A stretch of 64,000 nt of DNA from Sphaerochaetaceae bacterium (GCA_963626615.1 CAVFYD010000001.1:1012-65011), one strand, 5' to 3'. Positions 7,816 through 16,781 are shown, counted from the first letter of the stretch. The notes: generated from the letters alone by a model not told the origin. Numbers and translations: made by a program.

Positions 7816-9891
7816 ATGGAAAAGGCAGACAGAAAGAAGATAGAGGAGATCATCAGACTCAGAACGCGTGAGCTGACAGGGGAGAAGTACAGCCAGGAAA
7901 GCGGTGAAGTCTTCACCCGTGACTGCACGGAGCGGAAGATTCGCTCAGCCGAATATTTCGCTCCGATTCTCGAAAAGAAGTTCGGAGAAAAATACCCCGG
8001 TCTCGACTGGAATGAGGTAAGTGCCAGTTTAACTGTCCTGAGCAGTTACAGTCCGGATACCATCGACAGAGGAGATAATTTTTTGTATGCAGTCGCATAT
8101 TTCATCCTCGATTCCGTTAATTTTGCTCAGGGCAGCAATGACAGAATGGACGAGCTTAAACGGATTTTGAGGGAATGTTCGGCTGTAAACCTTGTGGATG
8201 GCGATCTGTATGATGGCTTTGCAAGGAAACGCCTGATTTATGCCGTACATCCTCTCTATCATCGGAATTTCGCAGATGACATAGTGGAGCTTATCTGTTT
8301 CAGAAATCTCGATTTCGTCAATTACAGAAATGAAAAGAGGAGCTTGGGAGGTTACAGCTTCATCTGTGACGGCTGGACGACTTCGCTTGAGAAGAAAAAG
8401 CCCTGTGACAGTGATTTCTCCGTCAGAAAGTACTTCGACGATATGATGGCACTCGTACCCGAAAGCGATAAGGAAGATGCCATGGAAGCCTACAGAAAGC
8501 TCTTTTTCGAGATGATTGACTGCTATCTTGATTCAGAGAGAAAGCTTGAGAAGCAGGAAGCGAAGCTGAAGGCGAAGAGAGAGTATCTTGATTTTCAGAT
8601 CGGGGAAGCAGTCCGCATGGGAATGAAAATGCCTCAGGAGGAACGTCTTTCTCTCCTGAAAAAGGACGATGAGCTTCAGGAAAAGGAATCAGCATTCAGT
8701 TTCAAGAGGATAAATTTCAACGACACGTTCGCCTATGGTTCCTTCTCAGAACCCCGTCTTCTTCATCGTGAGAGCAGCGCCTTCGGGAACATAAGCGTAT
8801 CTGATCCGTACAAGGTCATAGCAGGTTACTTCTTCCTTCTTGAAAAGGGTGACGATTATGCGTGGCTGCTTTCAGCTTCCACTGCGACACTCGGATTTGC
8901 CTCCGGTCTTCTTCCCTGGGCCGAATGCGAATGGGATGCGGATGAAGACGGATGCAGAATGCATAATAAGGAAGAAGAGTATTCTGTATGCGAAAACTTC
9001 TATAAACCCGTTATCGATCCCTCATCCCTCGGCCTTGACGATACGTTCACTCCTTCTCTTAGCCCGGCAAAGTATGTTTATCTGAAGACTGAGGCCATCC
9101 CGCCCCGTTATTCAGTCACACTTCCCGACAGGGATAAGCTTCTTCCGGTTCTGGGAGAAGATCTCACATCGTCTCTCGAAAAGAGCTACGTGGCATCCTA
9201 TCATGGAACGCATTCGGTAGAACCGGAGAACACCTTTCTCGAAGATTATGTCAAGCTCATGAATCAGCTGAGGAATGCGAAGAAGGAGAATGCAGAGCTC
9301 AGCGGGAAACTGATGGAGAAGGAAAATGCCGGAGGAAAAAGCGGAAAGGAAGAGAAAAGCCCTGATGAAAGAGTTCAGAACGAACTGAATGCACTGAGAG
9401 AGAGCATGTCACTCATCGAGAAGGAAAACAGCATACTCCAGCGTGAACTCGAAAAGGGAAAAAGCGAGATTGCAAGGCTGAAAAAGGAACACAGGGATGA
9501 GAAGGAAGAACTCGATTCTCTGCGTGAACTTGTCTTTGCCTCACGTACGGACAGTGCCGGGGATGCAGATAAGGACAGTCTGAGCATGGAGTGGCCGTAC
9601 GAGAATGTGCACAGCATAGCCGTCATCGGCGGACACACGGACTGGATAAGCAAGATGAAGGCGCTCCTTCCGTCTGTGAAGTTCTACGGCGACAGAATCC
9701 CCGACAGGGATGCGCTCAAGCATACTGAAGTCGTCTGGTTCCAGACTAAGTTCGCTCTGTCTCATCCGACGTATTACAAGGTGATTGATATGGCAAAGAA
9801 CCTTAACCTTTCCATCCGGTATTTCCTTTCTCCCGGCGTATACAGTTCGGCAGAGGCCATTGCCGATGATGACAGAAAACGGGAATTATGA
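7816..9891 (+). CDS. large coiled-coil protein with a DUF2325-like C-terminal domain (cassette gene B)
   Basis: 691 aa, starting 3 nt after the gene A stop. Heptad-rich K/E stretches lie near aa 240-300 and 480-575. The C-terminus HSIAVIGGHTDWISKMKALLPSVKFYGDRIPDRDALKHTEVVWFQTKFALSHPTYYKVIDMAKNLNLSIRYF fits my recollection of the DUF2325 pattern (vlivGG...f......l...D.V...t..vSH......k..ak....v.f). Confidence 0.75.
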   Translation: MEKADRKKIEEIIRLRTRELTGEKYSQESGEVFTRDCTERKIRSAEYFAPILEKKFGEKYPGLDWNEVSASLTVLSSYSPDTIDRGDNFLYAVAYFILDSVNFAQGSNDRMDELKRILRECSAVNLVDGDLYDGFARKRLIYAVHPLYHRNFADDIVELICFRNLDFVNYRNEKRSLGGYSFICDGWTTSLEKKKPCDSDFSVRKYFDDMMALVPESDKEDAMEAYRKLFFEMIDCYLDSERKLEKQEAKLKAKREYLDFQIGEAVRMGMKMPQEERLSLLKKDDELQEKESAFSFKRINFNDTFAYGSFSEPRLLHRESSAFGNISVSDPYKVIAGYFFLLEKGDDYAWLLSASTATLGFASGLLPWAECEWDADEDGCRMHNKEEEYSVCENFYKPVIDPSSLGLDDTFTPSLSPAKYVYLKTEAIPPRYSVTLPDRDKLLPVLGEDLTSSLEKSYVASYHGTHSVEPENTFLEDYVKLMNQLRNAKKENAELSGKLMEKENAGGKSGKEEKSPDERVQNELNALRESMSLIEKENSILQRELEKGKSEIARLKKEHRDEKEELDSLRELVFASRTDSAGDADKDSLSMEWPYENVHSIAVIGGHTDWISKMKALLPSVKFYGDRIPDRDALKHTEVVWFQTKFALSHPTYYKVIDMAKNLNLSIRYFLSPGVYSSAEAIADDDRKREL

Positions 9892-9927
9892 AGATTCCGC
9901 TCTCAAAAAGGACGATAATTACATCTT

Positions 9928-9956
9928 CTTGCCCACGCACTGTTTTCAAATTATGT
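9928..9956 (+). promoter_or_regulatory. possible internal sigma70-like promoter ahead of cassette gene C (TTGCCC-17 nt-TATGTT)
   Basis: Hexamers at 9928-9933 and 9951-9956 with a 17-nt spacer, inside the 93-nt B-C gap. Confidence 0.3.
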
Positions 9957-9984
9957 TAGAGCCAGAAAGGCCTGTCTCGGAGGG

Positions 9985-10797
9985 ATGAAAATGGACGACT
10001 ATCTGACAAAATACAGAAAAGCTGCGGCAATGCTGAAGGCTCTCATGGAGAACCAGAGAGACCTCGGACTCTCTGTCAAGGAGCTGAGCGACTCATCGAA
10101 GGTATGCGAGAACATCGCAGATATCGTAACTGACATGATAGACAGGAACGGATTCGAGTATCTTTATAAGAATCCTGTCATCCTGAAGGAGGCGCTTCCG
10201 CACTCTGATGACACGGAGAGGAAGATTTCGAATGCCTTCATCTATGCGATAATGTCGGGAGTTGGAGAGAAGAAGAAGGAGTCCATAAGTGCAGTCAGGA
10301 CTGAAATCGAGAGCCTTTCTCTCACTAAGGCCATGCTGCATTTCCTTGACGTGATCTTCTCCTCAATATGGGAAGAATACTTTCTCAAGGATGCAGACAA
10401 GCGAGAGTGGGGCGGCTGCGAAGTCTTCTGCTTCCGGACATGGGATACAGAGTTCTGCGGCGGGGCCGTATGGACAAGCAGGGATGGAACGAAAAAGGTG
10501 GTATCCTCCTTTACATGCCGTGTGAAGTTCAAGGCCGAGAACATGGCCATCATCATGTCGGACATCGGTGACGATCACTACGCTTCGGCAGATGCAATCG
10601 CCGTAAAATACAGGAAGGGACTTGAGGAGTTCATCTCTGCAGACTTCAAGCAGTGGTGCGAGAGCGGGAAGAATCCCCCGAAGGCCGAGAACTACGACCT
10701 CCTGCGCGGCCCTGCGGCACTCCAGTTCTACCTTGGAGACCACGGCCTCGTGCCTCTGACAGCTTCCTTCGACGCTCACAGCAGGGATATGGAATGA
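9985..10797 (+). CDS. hypothetical protein, paralog of the 7099-7812 product (cassette gene C)
   Basis: 270 aa. The RBS ggaggg is adjacent, so the second ATG at 9991 may be the true start. Similarity blocks are listed under gene A. Confidence 0.7.
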   Translation: MKMDDYLTKYRKAAAMLKALMENQRDLGLSVKELSDSSKVCENIADIVTDMIDRNGFEYLYKNPVILKEALPHSDDTERKISNAFIYAIMSGVGEKKKESISAVRTEIESLSLTKAMLHFLDVIFSSIWEEYFLKDADKREWGGCEVFCFRTWDTEFCGGAVWTSRDGTKKVVSSFTCRVKFKAENMAIIMSDIGDDHYASADAIAVKYRKGLEEFISADFKQWCESGKNPPKAENYDLLRGPAALQFYLGDHGLVPLTASFDAHSRDME

Positions 10798-10801
10798 AAG
10801 G

Positions 10802-10835
10802 AGCCGCCTTCGGAAACGGAGACGGCTGTTTTTTT
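10802..10835 (+). terminator. rho-independent terminator after cassette gene C
   Basis: AGCCG...CGGCT stem enclosing ccttcgg, followed by a T7 run at 10829-10835. Confidence 0.55.
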
Positions 10836-11024
10836 ATCGCTAATTCCTTATCTTATTATCTGATATGAAAGCAATGTTACTATTTATAGTGTTATTATGA
10901 TAACATTTTCAGGATATTTTATGCAAAAATCTGCATTATTATTCAAAAAGTATTTATTTTTTGGAAGTTTTGTGTGATACTTCTCCCCATACTTAAATGC
11001 ATTTTCATGCACACAGGAGAGATT

Positions 11025-12266
11025 ATGAAAAAAACTATCGCTTTACTCGTTGTTTTAAGCCTTGTTTTCTCAGTTTTCGCTGCAGGTGCACAGGAGGCAT
11101 CATCCTCAGCTGCTGCTACTGCTGCTGCAACAACTTCTTCCGAAGCTGCAGAGAACTTCCACATCGGCATCGTCACAGGTTCTGTTTCCCAGAGCGAGGA
11201 TGACCGCCGCGGTGCTGAAGCTTTCCAGGCTAAGTACGGTGAAGATATGGTCAAGCTTGCAATTTACCCTGACAACTTCACTGAAGAGCTCGAGACGACT
11301 ATCCAGACAATCGTCAATCTCGCAGACGATCCTCTCATGAAGGCTATCATCGTCAACCAGGCAGTTCCCGGAACAGCTGAAGCTTTCAAGCAGATCAAGG
11401 AAAAGAGACCTGACATCCTCTGCTTTGCAGGCGAAGCTCACGAAGACCTTCCAATCATCGGTGCGGCTGCTGACCTTGTTGCAAACAACGACTTTGTTTC
11501 ACGCGGTTACCTCATCATCAGAACTGCTCATGAACTCGGATGCGACACATTCGTTCACATCTCCTTCCCGCGCCACATGGCTTATGAGACAATGTCACGC
11601 CGTGTTGCAATCATGAAGAAGACCTGTGAAGAGTTCGGCATGAAGTTCGTTCTCGAGACAGCTCCGGACCCGACAACAGACGTAGGTGTTGCAGGTGCTC
11701 AGGCTTACATCCTCGAAAAGGTTCCAGAGTGGATCGAAAAATACGGAAAGAATGCTGCATTCTTCTGCACGAACGATGCTCATACAGAACCTCTTCTCAA
11801 GCAGCTCCTCACATACGGCGGTTACTTCATCGAAGCTGACCTTCCGTCACCTCTCATGGGATATCCTGGAGCACTCGGACTCGACCTCACAGAAGAAGCA
11901 GGCGACTTCGAGAAGATTCTTGCAAAGGTTGAAGCTGCAATCGTCGAGCAGGGCGGTGCAGGAAGATTCGGAACATGGGCTTACTCATACGGTTACACAG
12001 TTTCCGCAGGTCTTGCCGAGCACGCTTACAACGTCATCACAGGAAAGAGCGAGCTTCTCGATATGGATGACCTGGCTGAGGCTTACAAGGTCTATTCACC
12101 GAATGCAAGCTGGAACGGAGCTAACTATGTCAACGCTTCGACAGGTGTCAAGCTCGACAACGTCTTCCTTGTTTACCAGGATACATATGTCATGGGCAAG
12201 GACGGAGACAAGTATATGCATTCGACAGAAGTCGAAGTTCCGGACTGGGCTTACACAACAATGTAA
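11025..12266 (+). CDS. ABC transporter substrate-binding protein (DUF3798-type, from memory), secreted (signal peptide, no lipobox cysteine)
   Basis: RBS aggaga then ATG at 11025. Signal peptide MKKTIALLVVLSLVFSVFAAGAQ. An Ala/Ser/Thr linker, then FHIGIVTGSVSQSEDDRRGAEAF. It is followed by ATPase and permease genes. I prefer this start over the ORF-track start at 10974. Confidence 0.8.
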   Translation: MKKTIALLVVLSLVFSVFAAGAQEASSSAAATAAATTSSEAAENFHIGIVTGSVSQSEDDRRGAEAFQAKYGEDMVKLAIYPDNFTEELETTIQTIVNLADDPLMKAIIVNQAVPGTAEAFKQIKEKRPDILCFAGEAHEDLPIIGAAADLVANNDFVSRGYLIIRTAHELGCDTFVHISFPRHMAYETMSRRVAIMKKTCEEFGMKFVLETAPDPTTDVGVAGAQAYILEKVPEWIEKYGKNAAFFCTNDAHTEPLLKQLLTYGGYFIEADLPSPLMGYPGALGLDLTEEAGDFEKILAKVEAAIVEQGGAGRFGTWAYSYGYTVSAGLAEHAYNVITGKSELLDMDDLAEAYKVYSPNASWNGANYVNASTGVKLDNVFLVYQDTYVMGKDGDKYMHSTEVEVPDWAYTTM

Positions 12267-12290
12267 GACTCCCTTCAGGGACAATGGAGA

Positions 12291-12318
12291 GGAAGGCCGG
12301 CAAAGGCCTTCCTTTCTT
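12291..12318 (+). terminator. intra-operon hairpin / attenuator after the binding-protein gene
   Basis: GGAAGGCC-ggcaaa-GGCCTTCC followed by tttctt. This position is typical for raising binding-protein mRNA over the downstream genes. Confidence 0.5.
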
Positions 12319-12385
12319 AAATTTTCAGACGGAGGGAAGAAAATCTTCCTTCGGCCTGAAAATTTAAAACACTGGAGTAGATATT

Positions 12386-13981
12386 ATGGATAACAAAGCT
12401 CCTTTACTGGAGGTAAGGAACGTCAGCAAGGATTTCTTCGGAAACAAGGTCCTTTCAGACATCAACTTTACCATGGAGAAAGGGCAGGTCTTGGGCCTTG
12501 TCGGAGAGAACGGCGCGGGTAAGAGCACCCTCATGAAGATTCTCTTCGGTATGGACGTGATCAGGGAAACCGGAGGATACGGTGGTGACATCATAATCGA
12601 CGGCGAGACTGTCCGCTTCAATACACCGTTCGACGCCCTGGCAGCCGGAATAGGAATGGTCCATCAGGAATTCTCACTCATCCCCGGATTCACTGCTGCC
12701 GAAAACATCGTTCTCAACAGGGAACCTGAAAAGCCGACGTTCGTTGCAAACATCTTCGGAAGCAGACTTGATCAGCTTGACCGGAAGGAGATGAACAGGA
12801 TTGCCGAGGAATCAATCGAGAAGATGGGTGTTCATATCGACAAGAACATGGTCATCTCCGAGATGCCTGTCGGGCACAAGCAGTTTACGGAAATCGCAAG
12901 AGAGCTCAGCAAGGAGAACATGAAGATTCTCATCCTCGACGAGCCTACTGCTGTTCTTACAGAGAAGGAAGCCGAAGCACTCCTCGATTCAATCAGGGGT
13001 ATTGCGGCAAAGGGAATCTCCGTCATCTTCATCACGCACCGTCTTCAGGAAATCCTCTCTGTCTGTGACAAAGTCCTCGTAATGAGGGACGGTCTCATCG
13101 TCAGGGATGTAAAGGCAAAGGATACATCCGTTGCCGAAATCTCGGCATGGATGGTCGGACGCGGCAAGAGCGAGGAGAAGAAGCAAGAGGTTGTGAAGGA
13201 CAAGAAAGTCTCGAGCGACGAAACCGTGCTCTCAATTTCCCGCTTATGGGTCGACATGCCCGGTGAGCTCGTACGAGATGTCACCCTGGATGTCAGAAAG
13301 GGCGAGATTCTCGGTATAGGAGGACTCGCTGGTCAGGGAAAACTCGGTATCCCGAACGGAATCATGGGGCTCTATGACGCCGGAGGAAAGGTCACTTTCG
13401 AGGGAAAGGAGATTCCTCTCAATACTCCGCGTAAGTGCCTTGACAGCAAAATGGCATTCGTCAGTGAGGACAGACGTGGTGTCGGACTTCTTCTCGACGA
13501 GACTCTCGAGTGGAACATCGCATTCTCTGCAATGCAGGTCAACAACAAGTTCCTGAAGAAGTATCTCGGCGGGGCCATCAAGTGGCGTGATGACAAGGCA
13601 ATCAACGAGGTAACCGAAAAGTACATCGACGAACTCAAGATAAAATGCACGTCTTCGAAGCAGAAGGCAAAGGAACTCAGTGGCGGTAACCAGCAGAAGG
13701 TGTGTCTCAGCAAGGCATTCGCACTCGAACCGAAACTTCTCTTCGTCAGTGAACCGACGCGCGGTATCGACGTCGGCGCAAAGGCCCTTGTCCTTGACGC
13801 CCTCAGGGCATTCAACAGGGAAAACGGCGTCACTGTTGTCATGATCTCTTCCGAGCTCGAGGAGCTCAGAAGTGTATGTGACCGTATCGCAATCGTATCG
13901 GGCGGAAAGATTGCGGGTATTCTCCCGGCATCCTCACCGAGCGAGGATTTCGGTCTTCTGATGGTCAGCAACGTAAAGTAG
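12386..13981 (+). CDS. ABC transporter ATP-binding protein with duplicated ATPase domains (sugar/nucleoside type)
   Basis: 531 aa. Walker A GENGAGKST, signature LSGGNQQKV, Walker B ILILDEPT and LLFVSEPTRGID. Confidence 0.9.
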   Translation: MDNKAPLLEVRNVSKDFFGNKVLSDINFTMEKGQVLGLVGENGAGKSTLMKILFGMDVIRETGGYGGDIIIDGETVRFNTPFDALAAGIGMVHQEFSLIPGFTAAENIVLNREPEKPTFVANIFGSRLDQLDRKEMNRIAEESIEKMGVHIDKNMVISEMPVGHKQFTEIARELSKENMKILILDEPTAVLTEKEAEALLDSIRGIAAKGISVIFITHRLQEILSVCDKVLVMRDGLIVRDVKAKDTSVAEISAWMVGRGKSEEKKQEVVKDKKVSSDETVLSISRLWVDMPGELVRDVTLDVRKGEILGIGGLAGQGKLGIPNGIMGLYDAGGKVTFEGKEIPLNTPRKCLDSKMAFVSEDRRGVGLLLDETLEWNIAFSAMQVNNKFLKKYLGGAIKWRDDKAINEVTEKYIDELKIKCTSSKQKAKELSGGNQQKVCLSKAFALEPKLLFVSEPTRGIDVGAKALVLDALRAFNRENGVTVVMISSELEELRSVCDRIAIVSGGKIAGILPASSPSEDFGLLMVSNVK

Positions 13982-13994
13982 GGGGGAAGGTAAC

Positions 13995-15086
13995 ATGAGC
14001 GAAACACTAACTGTAAACAGTACTTTCATGGACAGGATACAGAAGGCTGCCCGGTCGTTCGGTCTTCCAAGACTGATTATTGCAGGCTTTCTTCTCGTAC
14101 TCTTCATCGCGGCTCCCTTCGTCGGCGCCAACTTCTTCACCCAGATAACGAACACAATCAACCGTTTCAGCTGGAACGCGGTGCTCGTTCTGGCAATGGT
14201 TCCGATGATTCATTCCGGATGCGGCCTCAACTTCGGTCTTCCTCTCGGAATCATCTCCGGACTCCTCGGAGCAACGCTCTCGATAGAGCTCGGCTTTACG
14301 GGAATCTCGAGCTTCTTCATGGCAATCGTGCTCTGCACACCGTTTGCCATTCTTTTCGGCGCAGGCTACGGATGGCTTCTGAACAAGATAAAGGGCGGCG
14401 AGATGATGATAGCAACATACGTCGGCTTCTCGGCGGTGTCGTTCATGTGCATGATGTGGCTTCTTCTTCCCTATCACAGCCCGACGATGGTCTGGGGCTA
14501 TGCTGGAACGGGACTGAGAACCACAATCTCGCTTGAAGGATTCTATAACGGAGCTCTCTCGAACTTCCTCAAGATTGAAATCGGTCACTTCTCGTTCCCG
14601 ACCGGTGCCATCCTGTTCTTCGCATTCCTGGCATTCCTCATGTGGGCATTCCTCCATACGAAGACAGGTACTGCAATGACGGCTGTCGGCTCCAACCCCG
14701 TGTTCGCAAAGGCAAGCGGCATCAATGTGGATTATATCAGACTCCTTTCTGTAATCATGTCCACATGGCTTGCAGCAGTGGGAATCCTTGTTTACGAACA
14801 GGGCTTCGGCTGGATACAGCTCTACATGGCTCCGTTCAATATGGCACTTCCGGCAGTCTCTGCCATCCTCATAGGAGGTGCTACTGTCAATAAGGCAAAC
14901 ATAAAGAACGTCATCATCGGTACTTTCCTCTTCCAGGGAATCGTCACCATGACGCCGACAGTCATCAACAACCTGATGATCATGATTACAGGTGAGGGAC
15001 TCGACATTTCCGAGGTCATCAGAACAATCGCTTCCAACGGTATGATTCTCTATGCCCTGACAAGAAAGAGTGAGGCAACAAGATGA
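13995..15086 (+). CDS. ABC transporter permease
   Basis: 363 aa, polytopic. It sits in an operon with the ATPase. The stop overlaps the next start (ATGA at 15083). Confidence 0.85.
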   Translation: MSETLTVNSTFMDRIQKAARSFGLPRLIIAGFLLVLFIAAPFVGANFFTQITNTINRFSWNAVLVLAMVPMIHSGCGLNFGLPLGIISGLLGATLSIELGFTGISSFFMAIVLCTPFAILFGAGYGWLLNKIKGGEMMIATYVGFSAVSFMCMMWLLLPYHSPTMVWGYAGTGLRTTISLEGFYNGALSNFLKIEIGHFSFPTGAILFFAFLAFLMWAFLHTKTGTAMTAVGSNPVFAKASGINVDYIRLLSVIMSTWLAAVGILVYEQGFGWIQLYMAPFNMALPAVSAILIGGATVNKANIKNVIIGTFLFQGIVTMTPTVINNLMIMITGEGLDISEVIRTIASNGMILYALTRKSEATR

Positions 15087-16186
15087 AAAAGATATTGAAT
15101 TTCATAAAGAACAATTCAGTCCCACTGATGTTCATAATCATTTGTGCCGTATGTATTCCCGTCTCGGGATTCAGCGTAAGCTTCCTCCTGAGTGAAATCG
15201 TCACACGTATCGCACGTAACTCGTTCCTCATCCTTTCTCTTCTCATTCCTATCATGGCAGGTATGGGACTCAACTTCGGTATGACACTGGGTGCAATGGC
15301 AGGAGAAATCGGACTCATTCTCGTCTCCGACTGGAGAATTGCAGGCATCCCGGGAATCGTCCTTGCAATGATTATCTCGATTCCCATCTCTGTCTTCCTG
15401 GGCTGGCTCTGCGGAACCATCATGAACAAGGCGAAGGGCAGGGAGATGATCACCGGCTACATCATGAACTACTTCGTGAACGGTATCTACCAGCTTCTCG
15501 TCCTCTTCGGCATGGGCGTCATCATTCCTATCATCCACGATGACATCCTTCTCCCGAGAGGTTACGGCATCAGAAATACAGTCTCCCTTGCCGACATGAG
15601 ACAGTCTCTCGACAACGCTCTTGCAATCCGCATCGGCGGCGTAAAGATTCCTGTTCTCACGTTCGTCATCATCGCCCTCATGTGTCTCTTCATCATCTGG
15701 TTCAGAAAGACGAAGCTGGGACAGGACATGAGAGCTGTCGGACAGGACATGGAAGTTGCAAGAAGTGCCGGTATTGCCGTCGAGAAGACCCGTGTCATCT
15801 CCATCATCATATCGACAGTCTTCGCAGGCTTCGGCATGATCATCTATCTTCAGAACATCGGTAACCTTTCGACATACTCGGCTCACTCTCAGATCGGTAT
15901 GTTCTGTATTGCGGCACTCCTCGTCGGCGGTGCGTCTGTCGACAGGGCTTCAATCGGAAACGTGTTCCTCGGTGTAACACTGTTCCATCTCATGTTCATC
16001 GTCGCTCCGACTACGGGAACCGTCATCACGGGAGATTCCATGATCGGTGAGTATTTCAGAGTATTCGCATCCTACGGCGTCATCACGCTTGCTCTTGCAA
16101 TGTATGAAAGCAAGAAGAGAAGACAGAAGAGCCAGGGCGGTGCAGCGCTTGCCGCAGCACAGAAAGAGGAAAGTGTGGAGGCATAA
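15083..16186 (+). CDS. ABC transporter permease (second subunit)
   Basis: 367 aa, polytopic, and translationally coupled to the previous permease. Confidence 0.85.
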   Translation: MKKILNFIKNNSVPLMFIIICAVCIPVSGFSVSFLLSEIVTRIARNSFLILSLLIPIMAGMGLNFGMTLGAMAGEIGLILVSDWRIAGIPGIVLAMIISIPISVFLGWLCGTIMNKAKGREMITGYIMNYFVNGIYQLLVLFGMGVIIPIIHDDILLPRGYGIRNTVSLADMRQSLDNALAIRIGGVKIPVLTFVIIALMCLFIIWFRKTKLGQDMRAVGQDMEVARSAGIAVEKTRVISIIISTVFAGFGMIIYLQNIGNLSTYSAHSQIGMFCIAALLVGGASVDRASIGNVFLGVTLFHLMFIVAPTTGTVITGDSMIGEYFRVFASYGVITLALAMYESKKRRQKSQGGAALAAAQKEESVEA

Positions 16187-16187
16187 C

Positions 16188-16703
16188 ATGAAGATTCATT
16201 TCAGTAAGACATTCTGGTTCAGAACAGTTAGCATAGTGCTTCTCATAGTGATTGCCGTTGTTATGCTTTTCATCGGACGCAAGCACATCATCTACATCGA
16301 CAACAAGACCTACGAGTTCGAAGATGAATTCGAGGACGAGTATGAAGACAGATTCGAGGACGGCGAAATCAAGGCGCTCTATAAGGTCGAATTCGTAAAT
16401 CAGGATGGAGAGACAAAGAAACTCTATAAGCGTGAAAGAGGTGAGATGTCCATAATGGGACAGAACACCACCCTTGCACTTACTGTGACGGAGACGAAGG
16501 GAGGAGAAGAGGTCGTCCACAGGATTAAGCTCCATATCCCGTTCGGAAAGGATGCTGTGGTCATCAATGTTCCGGCTCTTCTTGCGGGACTCGACCAGAG
16601 CTTCTGGATGACGGACTTCGTTTCTCTTGCGACAACGACGACGTCAGCGGCGGAAGAGGAAGTAGTTCTTTCCGATGACTTCGGTATCGGGGACAGCCTC
16701 TGA
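16188..16703 (+). CDS. small membrane-anchored acidic protein at the end of the ABC operon
   Basis: ATG at 16188, 2 nt after the permease stop. One TM helix (FWFRTVSIVLLIVIAVVMLFI), then an acidic repeat YEFEDEFEDEYEDRFEDGE. The ORF-track start at 16047 lies inside the permease gene and is rejected. Confidence 0.6.
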   Translation: MKIHFSKTFWFRTVSIVLLIVIAVVMLFIGRKHIIYIDNKTYEFEDEFEDEYEDRFEDGEIKALYKVEFVNQDGETKKLYKRERGEMSIMGQNTTLALTVTETKGGEEVVHRIKLHIPFGKDAVVINVPALLAGLDQSFWMTDFVSLATTTTSAAEEEVVLSDDFGIGDSL

Positions 16704-16721
16704 GTCATCTTCACTCATAAT

Positions 16722-16756
16722 GCGCCATCTCATGAATTTTTGAGGTGGCGTTTTTA
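16722..16756 (+). terminator. rho-independent terminator after the ABC operon
   Basis: GCGCCATCTCA...TGAGGTGGCG stem followed by TTTTT. Confidence 0.6.
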
Positions 16757-16781
16757 TTCGCAGCGCTCTATACTCTTGACT

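Noticed and set aside
10974-11024. Upstream extension of the binding-protein ORF (ORF-track start at 10974). Similar extensions occur at 16047, 16740, 26396, 32603, 39630, 42273, 44680, 46496, 49669 and 59662.
   Set aside because: In each case an internal ATG has a proper Shine-Dalgarno sequence and a natural N-terminus (signal peptide or a conserved family start). The extensions overlap upstream genes or lack an RBS.
13372-15886. Long minus-strand ORFs (211, 216 and 256 aa) across the ABC ATPase and permease genes.
   Set aside because: They are shadow ORFs opposite well-supported transporter genes. Their charged, His/Asp/Arg-rich compositions are inconsistent with real proteins.
16310-16360. 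An imperfect tandem DNA repeat (gaattcgaggac-like units) that could be mistaken for a repeat array.
   Set aside because: It lies in frame within the 16188-16703 CDS and simply encodes the EFEDE acidic repeat. The units are too short and have no spacers, so it is not CRISPR-like.
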